The translations under genes were made by a program, and so were the position numbers. The notes under the pieces were generated by a model. It made no database searches, had not been told where the DNA came from, and saw only the letters and a program-made list of their open reading frames with translations. DNA of 25,158 nucleotides from a virus. Taxonomy: Duplodnaviria; Caudoviricetes. The DNA lies in the IMG/VR virus record IMGVR_UViG_3300030376_003062, positions 1 to 25,158 of that record; one strand, written 5' to 3'. Shown here piece by piece: positions 1 through 10,500 of the stretch (positions within the stretch are counted from its first letter, which is position 1; each line of letters begins with the position of its first letter).

Positions 1-264
1 TGCTACACTACTTTTTTTGAACATTAAGAAAGAATTAACAGGTGGGATGTTAACTGGTGTTTCTACGGTTATGGATCCAGGACCAACTTCAGTTATCGTT
101 CCTATCTTTACGGGATCTCCATATTGTGAAAGAGAGCCCCAAGTAGAGTGAGTAACCGCTATTTGGTTGTTAACAGCCGTGTAAACAAACCAAGCTTCGT
201 CTTTAACTTGAACCGAAACATTATTTTCCGTAGACGCTCCTGTGATATTAATTTTTATTGCCAT
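1..264 (-). CDS. Tail-associated structural protein (partial; runs off the left edge; not in the supplied ORF track)
   Basis: ATG at 264-262, one base after the TAA of the 436-aa gene. Open for 88 codons to the edge: MAIKINITGASTENNVSVQVKDEAWFVY...KIGTITEVGPGSITVETPVNIPPVNSFLMFKKSSVA. Function inferred from position in the tail operon. Confidence 0.75.
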   Translation of the reverse strand, partial: MAIKINITGASTENNVSVQVKDEAWFVYTAVNNQIAVTHSTWGSLSQYGDPVKIGTITEVGPGSITVETPVNIPPVNSFLMFKKSSVA

Positions 265-265
265 A

Positions 266-1576
266 TTATCCTGTTGTTTGTACCCCTGGGGTTATAAAAT
301 TATCTAAATTTAAATGTATTATTCTAATCACAGCTGACGTAGAGGGCGCTATAGGGGAAGGATGCTTAGTAATTTTTATAAGATTTTTTAGTGTGATTTT
401 CAGCGTACTTCCATCAAAATATAATTTAGTACCTGCTTTTACTACTTGTGCGATATCTAAAATTATTTCTCCCGCAGACGCAGACGCTATGTCTCCTCCT
501 TCAGTACCACTTGTTCTATTAGTTTGTATAAGATTGGTACCTGTGTTTACAATATTCAATCCCCTTACTGTAACGAAGTCACCTCCGGATATTCCACGAG
601 TACCGTCTAACGCTACCGTTGTACCAGTAGCAGTGGTACGTACTGTTTTTGTAAGTTGCTCTGTTATAGCTGATGTAAAGTTCGCATTCCAATTAGAAAA
701 ATCTACAACAGCCCCTATAGCTCTTTGTATAACACTACTTCCTCTTGCTTGAAATGTTAATGTGTGTCCATTAGCAAACGTTTGTGCTGAAGAAATAGTC
801 AACTGCCCACCACCTTCACTTACTTTAGTATCTCTATCAATAGCTATTATAGTTGGCGTTCCAGATAAACTACTACCGCCGGTAACAGCGGTTATATGCA
901 TACCAGTACACAAATCAGTTACATCATCTACCGTAACTTTAAGACCACTATTTACATCACTTGGGGCAACAGCCCCTTCGATAGTATACGTTAATGTTGG
1001 AGTAAAATACCAATCCGTATCTATAGGTTGTCTTATTAACCTAAGCCCATACCCATTAGCATCGGTATTGTTATTTTCAATATCCCAATCTATTTCTTTT
1101 GTTATAGCCCCAATCGAAACAGGAGAGGACACAGAAGATACACTAGTAGGCATACTTTTATAGCTAGAAGTAGCGGTTGTAATAGGGGTAAATGTTAAGG
1201 TAGAATTAGCAACTTGAGTGATACTAGTGGTAAATTTATTTTTAACCCCCTTACCAAAATTAATAGTAGTTCCTTTGTGCACGGCTGGAAGTAAAAGAAA
1301 CGAATACGTATCTCCACTTGCGTTGGCTGGGAAAGTAATAGCCCCACTAAAACTATTGCTTTTCATTTTTACTGCTAATTTATTTTCCGACGTGCAGCCT
1401 CCGAAAACACCAGTTTTAAAATTGTAAAACTTGTGCGCTACAGAAGAGGACGCGGGGGTAGCAAATACTTGCAATTCAAACTCAGCACCGATGTCTCCTT
1501 GGATAGTGAAGTTTCTAGTCGAAGCGGTGGCCATTAAATCTTTTTTATTAATTTTAAAACTAGTTATATTTGCCAT
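266..1576 (-). CDS. Virion tail structural protein (beta-rich, Thr/Ser/Gly-rich)
   Basis: 436-aa ORF starting 3 nt after the giant tail gene. Composition is typical of tail appendage proteins, with two internal repeat-like beta modules in the C-terminal half. Confidence 0.7.
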   Translation of the reverse strand: MANITSFKINKKDLMATASTRNFTIQGDIGAEFELQVFATPASSSVAHKFYNFKTGVFGGCTSENKLAVKMKSNSFSGAITFPANASGDTYSFLLLPAVHKGTTINFGKGVKNKFTTSITQVANSTLTFTPITTATSSYKSMPTSVSSVSSPVSIGAITKEIDWDIENNNTDANGYGLRLIRQPIDTDWYFTPTLTYTIEGAVAPSDVNSGLKVTVDDVTDLCTGMHITAVTGGSSLSGTPTIIAIDRDTKVSEGGGQLTISSAQTFANGHTLTFQARGSSVIQRAIGAVVDFSNWNANFTSAITEQLTKTVRTTATGTTVALDGTRGISGGDFVTVRGLNIVNTGTNLIQTNRTSGTEGGDIASASAGEIILDIAQVVKAGTKLYFDGSTLKITLKNLIKITKHPSPIAPSTSAVIRIIHLNLDNFITPGVQTTG

Positions 1577-1579
1577 TCT

Positions 1580-4500
1580 TTATAAGTTTAAACTTGACTT
1601 GCTTTGTAGATGAACAATACTTTCTATTCTCCCTAATCCCTGGAAACTAAAATCAGAAGATTTAGGTATTTCATTTTCAGTTCCTCTAATGTAATTAAAC
1701 CACTTTCCTTCTTTTTCTACAAATTCTTTTACTGATCCTGTTTGTTTATCAGTAGTTATAGAATCCACAGCCCAACCATCTTTAGCTGATAAATTATATG
1801 TTTCTACGTTTGATAATCCCGTATCAGTATCAGTGGTCCAAAGATCCACTTTAGATTGACTTCCTTCGTAACCCAACGTATTAAATATTTTTATTAAAGA
1901 TGGTTCTGAATTTAATACAGCGGTAATAGTCGATGGAACCATATCTTCACCATAGAATTTGTTTCTTACCTCGTTATAATGATGTTTCCAAGGTTTACCA
2001 TCTTTTATAGTAAAATAATCTTTAGAAAGACTAACTCCAGATTCTGGAATAAACGATTTAAAACTAACCCAACCTTTAACGTCTTCGCTATATGTTATTG
2101 TAGATGGTGTGAAATCTATATTTACTTTATTTAACGTAAAGTTATCTAGTATACTGGAAAGTTGATCACTAACTACGTTTATTACAAACGTATCGCGCGG
2201 GAGTGCCGCTAAAGAAGTGCTTGCAAAGGCTCCTATAGTAAAGGTTTCGTTAAACTCTCCGTTGACATTAGCAAAGCTGTGACTAAATCCAACATTATCG
2301 CTAGTGATAAAATAACAGTGAAAATCTCCTGAGGTTGCGTTAGAAATATTAAACTTTAAATTAACCGTATCTCCTTCTTTGAAATTATGATTAGGTATAC
2401 TTTGTTGTAATCCAACTATAGAATCTCCAGAACTCCCAAAAAGATTTTGTAAGTAGGCAGCATTGCTGACAAAACCTGGAACGTCTGTAAACACAACGTT
2501 TCTATTATACTCATCAAAATTTATATAATTTTCTAAAAGTTGATCGTATCCGTGGAATGTCCACCCTAAACTCGTGCTAGCTTGAAAATAATTAGTAGCG
2601 TCTTTAAGTGATATATTATCTATACTTCCGCTAAAACTCCCACCAGGTGGTACGTTAAATACTATTTTGTTCATGCTACCATAGGAATTAGTAACTGGGC
2701 CTTTTGTTGATATTGATTGTCCTATTGTTTGGTTGCTAACAGTTTTGTAAGTCGAATCAGTATAATGCTCGAAAGATTCAAACGTTCCATCCATATTAAA
2801 TTTAGCCATATAATGACCGTGGTAATTAATTCCCTCAAATTTAACTCCAATAGCTTCTCCTGCGGTAACGGCTCCTTTCGCCCCCATAACATATCCACTT
2901 AAACTACTACCTGGATATACGTTAGAAACTACAAATTTAAGTTCGTATCCATCTTCAGTTACGCTTGGAGAAGCGTTTATATCTTCAGCTCTCGTTTGAT
3001 GGATATTTTGCCCAGTTGCCGCTGTTGTTATATTGCTAAATGATTGTACTAAATGGTTTCCTTGAACCGCGTTTTCAAACACGGCTTTTCCATTTTTATT
3101 GTATACTTGATTACTGTTCCATGGTATATAATTCGGGTACATACTACCAGGAAAAGGAATAAAAGAAAACGCGGTTCCTCCAGAAGAGGAGTTTCCAGGA
3201 TTCATATAATGGTAAAGATGTAATTGATTATTAAAAGGAGTTCCATTCTGATCTTTTCTAGGAGCGAACGCCCAATTATCAAAACTACCTGTTGAATATT
3301 TATCAGTTATATCTCTGATTTCTATTGCACCTATTGTTCCAATGAAACTGTGGAAATGAAGAACAACATTATCATTAGATGAATTATTATCGTGTTTCCA
3401 TATACCACGTTGGAATTTCTGCCCGATGGTAACTCCGTTAGGTTGGACTATACCCACCGCAGAGTTAGAGGAGCTGTATTCAAAATACTCTAATTTTAAA
3501 CCACCAGCACTCGAACCAAGAGAAGGCGTGCCAACATGACCTTCTGGTGCTGGAGCTCCGTAAACTGCTAACGCGGGGTCTATAACGTCCCGAACTACTA
3601 TTACTCCGTCAACGCCGCCAGTTGAGGCTGTTGAAGTAGCTCCATTTACATCGTGAATTAATATCTCGTACCAATGGCCATTAATAAATGGATTATTCGC
3701 TCCACCAAACGAACTTAAATCTTGTGTGAGTTTACAAAATCCTTTAATTTCTATTTCATCATCTGTATGATAAGAACCATTTTCCCACATATCCGGAGCG
3801 TTTGATCCATCGTTATAAACTACTGTAGTGTTTGGAGATATAGTGTTGGAGGTTCCTGCTAAATATTGATCCCAGAGAGGAGGGGCGTTAAAACCAAGTG
3901 GGGTTTCAGCCCCTGATGTGGCGTTTGGATCAGGTACGTAAGTCGGAATACCTGAACTTACACCGAATTCATCTACAGAAGCGGCGTTTAATACCGCGTT
4001 GGCAGAAGGCCCAGCCGTCTGTGTCCAACTACTAGTTCCCTGGTGTTCTACCTCAACCCATTCAGGAATAACGACAGGTGGTATATTCGGTAAAGAAGGA
4101 TAAGTGGTAATACTACCAGTATCAGTTAATTGTCTAAGTTTAGTAATCTCTAAACTCCTAATATGTATGCTATTATGAGCTCCCGTGTCTACTTTCGATA
4201 AACGAATATTTAAATACTTAGTTATGTACCGACGCATTTCATGTTCACCTGGTATACCGAGCCCTGGACTTGGTAAATTTACGTAATGATTATCTAATTC
4301 TCCATCTAATCTCAAATAAAACTCCAAAACGTGCAAACCTTGCGTTAGATTTGCCCATGAAAACGTATTGCTATCTACAAATCCTTTTGGATCTGTACCG
4401 ATTCCTATAGGTTGTATAGTTGGATTAGAACCATATCCAGTTGTTGGAGTGTGTGTTTGGTTGTAGTAAGTAGCTAAAAATCCATCAGACGCCGCGGTAA

Positions 4501-7500
4501 TATCGCTATTAATATAATTATCAGGAATTAGTGTTTCTTGCGGAGATCCCGGTTGCTGACCGTACAATTCTACTTTTAACTCAGGTTTATCGCCAGATCC
4601 CCAAAAAAGACCAGATGACGTATCTACTTCAACCGTCATAACAACTCTTATCTCTTCTCCATGAAATAAAGTGGAGTTATTTATTGACAAAAAGTTACTT
4701 GGAGGATTTAAAGCGTCTAAAAGAGCGTCTGGAGTTGGTACGTGGTCCATTACCGATTCAAAACCAGGGGAATTAGCCGCCGGAACAAAGCTGTAAAGAC
4801 TATTGGTTTGACCACTCATATCCGCCCATACAGACGTATCTTTCTTTTTTAAAATAGGTCCGTAATCTGGACTAGGGCCCCAATCAAGACGATTAGGCAC
4901 TACTGTATTAACACTTAAACCTCCTATGGTTTGTCCTACCCACGGAACAGCTCCTTGGTTTTGGGAAATCGACGTTCCCGTACCATTAAATCCATCTCCT
5001 CCTTGTAAAACAGTTCTACCATTGCTATCTATCGCGCTTGGAACAGTGTGAATGTTAAGACCACTGGTACTAAACAACCAATTCGAGGTGTTTCCACTAA
5101 GTTGTGGAGCTCCAAATGGATTTTGTTCTAATGGTGAGGAATTTGTCCAATCGACTTTATAAATTCGGTCAAAATTTCCAATTATAGGCGTTACTATTGT
5201 TGCGGGGGAAGGATGAAGAGGTAGCCACGTGTATTGCCAACGGCGCTTGGTTTGTCCTAAAAGCTGTGATTGAAGTGATCCCATAGGAATCTCAGCGTGG
5301 TTAGTAATTATTGTGTCACTACCTAAATCTGGACTTAAGGCAAAATTATCAGGGAGAGATGGTGTGTTTCCGGGTATTCCATTCGTGAGGTTCCCGTTTT
5401 TTACAAAATTTCTTAAATTAAAATATTCTATAGCGCTTTCTCCTACATCTAAAAAACCATTGAATATAACGTTATCTGGAAGAAAATCCGACAAAGTTAA
5501 ATTATAATCCTTCTTATGGGCATCGTAAGTACCTATTAATCTATTTGCTGTCTTTAAATTATCTCTAAAGTAATCGTGCATTCCAGCGTCAGAGATTGGA
5601 GTTAATCCATCCATAGATAATCTAAGCACAGCTCCTCTTTGTTTGTCTGTAAAATAAGCTCTATATGATTCTTTAGCAAACGATTCTGGATTTTTAGATA
5701 TACCGTAATCTCCGACAAAAGGATTTGCGTCACCTAGTACAGAATCAGATGCTACCAATTGTGGACTTCCATCCGCGTTATATAAAGCGTTTTTATTAGC
5801 TGTAATTTCTACAACTCTATCTTCACAAAAAGAAACTAAACTTATTCTTCTTGAAAATAATTTCTGTATACTACCGTAGGTTGGATTTAAATCTTTAGTA
5901 ATCTTTTCAGCCATTATAAACTGATTTAGATTATTAACACCATTTGTAGAATTGTAAATTCCAGAATAAATCAACCCACTTTTTCTTTCTTCTTCTTTGT
6001 AATCGGTATCTAAAGTCATGCTAGCTTTAACACCATTAGCTATAGTCATCGCGTTAAAATCATCTCTAATTCTATTAGATTCAATTCCATTACCAAAGGT
6101 AATACCGTTGTACCAACCTAATCCTGTTTGTACTCCCGGTTCTGGACGTATTGTTATTGAATCTAGTTTTGCAAAAGTTGAACTGTCGGTATTTATACTG
6201 TTATCAGCTACACTAGTAATAACACCAGTAGTAAACTCCCCGTCTTTTCTAACAAACCTAACTCGTTTTCCAATAAAACTAGCTGGATCTGCGGATGTTT
6301 GTGACACGACAGCCGCATCTACTATAGGTTGAGTTTGGTTACCGTTTATATCTTGGCTCAATGTAAATTCATTAGGACCTATCCAAGAACTTAAATATAT
6401 AGAAGTTTCTAAATTTGAATTTGCATATAACCCACCTTGTGTAGCGTTTTTATTTTCGATAAACTTTACTTCACATCCTATTGGCGCAAATAACTCTTGT
6501 GTTTTTTGTGTGATTTTTACTGGAAAAGCCTGCCCAGTTTCGTAATATATATCTAAATCAACATTGTCCTTAGGCTCTGTTTCCCATATAGCTGGATTTT
6601 GTGCTATTTCTTTAGATCCTAAATCATAATCCTTTTCTATGAATTGTATGTTATCAAAACTGTTTGCGTCTAAAGTAGTTCCGTCAACTGGATTATAAGT
6701 TTTTGTAGTTACATCTTTGTCTAACTCTATTACATAACAAACTCTTCTGTTGTTTCTTCCACCAAATTCCTGCAATTTATTCTGCATTATAAACCCTTCA
6801 GTCGTAGTCATAGGGGCGGTATCCGAACCGTCAACATCATTTCTACTCAACGCCCAATTCATAACGGCTGTCTCAACGCTAGTACCATCGTCGATAAGTT
6901 CTCCATTTTTCCATTTATATGTTCTTCTCCATGGGGTATGGTTATATAATTTCTTTTTACTCCATTTTTTTATAGTATATATTTCCTTATTAGGATCATT
7001 TTTGAAAATAAACGAACCGTAGCTTTCTATTTGGCTTATAAAATCTGCAATAGCACCGTTGCTGTTGCGCATTTCTCCTTGAATATCAGCGCGCCATTGG
7101 ACTTCGTGTAATTTTTCGTAAGTTGTAGATAATTGTTCTCCTTTATCATAACCTAAATAACTAGTTTCAGTATGATTCGAAAGTTTTGGATGTGTAATTT
7201 GGTTTTGCTGTAATGGATCTTCAGGTTGTGATCTTTCTAGTGGATCTCCCTCCATAAATACAGCGTAGTTATTACCAACATCACCTGCTATATCAAATTT
7301 ACTTTGAGTTTGAGCTTGTACATTAACCGAAACCCCTGTAGATAAAATAATATTTTGCTGAGCAACAGTAGTAACTTGATTGTTAGCTATTTCAGCGTCT
7401 AATACTGCTTGTGTTCCAATAGGAGTCCCATCTTCTTTAGTAAAAACTCCACCTCCCCATATAGCTTGTAGATTTTCGCACAAGGCGTTACCTTCGTTGG

Positions 7501-10500
7501 CGGCGGCAGAGTACGATAGATTTGGTGGAAGTGTTCCGTCGTGCAAATCCAAACCGGGACCTAAAAATGATAAATGTAAAAAGTTTTTTCCTGTTTCTCC
7601 ACCGTAAGTTCCATCTGGACTTTCGTTGTCATCATGTACGCTTCTTCTCCACTTTCTTATTCCGTTCTGACTAACGTGACTTGCGTTTGTTTCAACAAAA
7701 CCATCTATACCGTTTACTAAATTTTCACCATTACTTGGTTCTTGCGGTTTGTTATGATTAAACTTAGGGAAAGCTATAGCGCTTTCAACGTTGTATTTAC
7801 CCCACTTGTATGGTCGATAAAGTCTGTAGTCGTCATCAAAAAAACTACTTTCAAAATCAGCAGAGTAATTTGTTTCATCGTACGAATAAGTTACGTCGAA
7901 AGTTTGGTCTAAATTAGGATCGTATATTGGATCAGAACCTATTTTAATACTTTCGGTAGTGTCAGTATTTACAATTCCACGAGAAATGTCACCAGGAACA
8001 TTAGGTGTTCCGCCTTTATAACCTTGTCCACTACTTCTAGCATAATTGGAAGGATCGAGTTGCGCAGAAGCAAAATACATATTGTCTATAAAGCATCCGT
8101 TATGTGTTTTTGAATCTAACATTACCTGCCAATCTCCAACTGTGTTACTTATATTACCGCCTGTATGATCAGTTATTTCGTTTGCTCTATCAGTGCCAGA
8201 GTTCACCACTCCATCTCCAGGGTCAACAAAAGCCTGTTGATTTGTTAGACCATCGTCAGACACAAAAGAACCGCTAGCATGTACGTCTGACAGCCACCTT
8301 ACAGATCTTTGAACTTTAACCACAGTGTTTAATAATAAATCTAAAACATTAGAACTTTCTAAAGAATTTTTTGTTTGATTAGTAGAAAGTATTTTAACAA
8401 AAAATCTACCAGAAAAAGTTTCTAAAGCTTTTGTAATTTTCTTTTCAAACCTAATAACTATATCTGGACCTATAAGAGTGGCGTCGTTTGGGTCTACAAT
8501 TAAGTCAGAATCTTGCTCACTTATACTGTCGTTTAAAGTTATTACATAATCCTTGCTATCGTTTTCTCTAATAGCAGCTACTTTGTATTTTTTTGATGTT
8601 TGTTGGTTACTACCACCGTCTGGATCTCCAACGTCAGCGGTTGTTTTAGTGAATGAAAAATATAAATCCGGTTGATCAAATTTATTTACAAGTTCTTGTC
8701 CTCCGTTTTCTTCCCAATCACCTTTTCTAATTATTAGTTCTCTAGGGAATTTATTAGTACCAGTTATAATAGGTCTACCTTCTGGTAAATAAAATACTCC
8801 AGTGATATCATCATTCAATATAGAATTACTATTACCATCACTACCTGGTGCGTTTGCAATCTCCCCTAATTTAATATATCTATATTTAATAGCGTCGGGA
8901 GCTTCGTTTTTAACATCTAGAACTCTAAATTTATTTTCTTGTTGTACTTGAGTAGATTCGTCAGCTTTTTTCTTAAGTATGATGTAATCGTCTTCAGATA
9001 TTTTATTTCTATCAGAAGAAGGGAAGGAAATCCATACATGATCGTCTTTATCAATATCGTCTTTAGTGACTTTATAGATAGCATCCATTATTAAGTTATA
9101 GTACTCCCCAGAAGTTTCCTTTACGTAAAATTTATAATAGTGCGCCCATTCTGGATGAGGAGAAATTAAATCAGTTTTTAACTGAAGAGATCTACTAGCT
9201 AATTTTCCTAAACTATTAGTTTCCCAAGGAATTTTTATTGAAGAATCTGAAGAAGTAAACACAGGTGTTTCTCTTCCGTATTTATCACCATAAACAACAC
9301 CTAACTGATAATTTCTTTGTGATTTTATTGACGGAAATCCTCCAAAAGAAAAAGATCTACGTGATCTATCTAAATCTAACGCTTGAACTACAACATCGCT
9401 AATAATTCCTTCAAAGGGTTGAAATGAAACGTTGGCGTTCGGATCTTTACTTACTTTTATATAAAAGGAACTTAAGTTATCTGTCTCGCGGTTTGTTCCC
9501 TTGTCTTTTAAAGTAGCTTCGAATTGGAAAATCTTTGGTTTATTAGCTTTTTTCTCCGTAGTAGGAACTCCTTCAATAGTTGCTGGTGCGTATGGAGCTT
9601 TAACTCCCGAAAACTCTATAAAATTCCCACTTGTGTCAACTAACTTACCCTCTAATTCACCAGGATTTTTTCCAAGTGGAGATATTTTGTTTTCTCCATA
9701 GAGTTTAAAAGAAATTTTATATTTTACACCAAGAGAAAGTTCGGTAGCAATAGGTTGGGATAGTATTGCTCCCTGAGGAGCGTTTTTAATTCTTACAGAG
9801 CGGTTTTCAGAGGAAGCGTGTATATACGACATACCGTCATCTAAAACCCAATTGTCTGGGGCTAAAAATCCCGAAGAAGCAAAACCACTTCCTTTATCGT
9901 GGTTTTGAAAATTACCGTTTAATAATAAATTACTTGAATAAACCGGTTGTAATAATTCTAAAGAATAATCAAACCTTTCTTCGAAACTTGATTGTATTAC
10001 TGGGGGAATATCATTAGTATAATTCTGTAAATAATTTCCGTAAACAACTCTATTACCTGTTACTTCTTGCGCTAATGCTTTTCTTGGAACATTATCCCAC
10101 GGCCTTAGTAATTGGTTAGATGGAAGAGCTGCGTGGATATTTTCTGATAGAACTTCAAAACGACCTTTATATCTAGAGTTAAATTGAGAACCAGCTAAAT
10201 CCCATTCGTCATCCGCTCTTTTAACTGTGTCTAATAAGTAAATAACAGTAGAATCTTCTTGTTTATATAGGATATCTATTTGAACAACATCTTTTGGCGT
10301 TTCAGGAGAAGTAAAATCTTCTAAAATAACCGATCTTATCATATTACGCATCCCTGCGTTATAAGGTTCCTTAGTGTTGTAAGCTGTTTTTTCATCATAA
10401 GAAAATCCATCTTGATTTTCACTGTATAACGAATTAAAAACAACGTCTGTAAACGGAGCAAACGTAGAATATTCCCCGTCAGCATATTTGTATCGGTAAG

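Noticed and set aside
5150-5260. Atypical peptide (GQTKRRWQYTWLPLHPSP) suggesting compensating frameshifts
   Set aside because: Both alternative minus-strand frames close within about 30 codons and look no more convincing. This cannot be supported without homologs.
2102-5491. Intein as an explanation for the large insert in the tail protein
   Set aside because: There is no terminal His-Asn before a Cys/Ser/Thr and no LAGLIDADG or other Hint-like blocks. The content looks like beta-sandwich domains.
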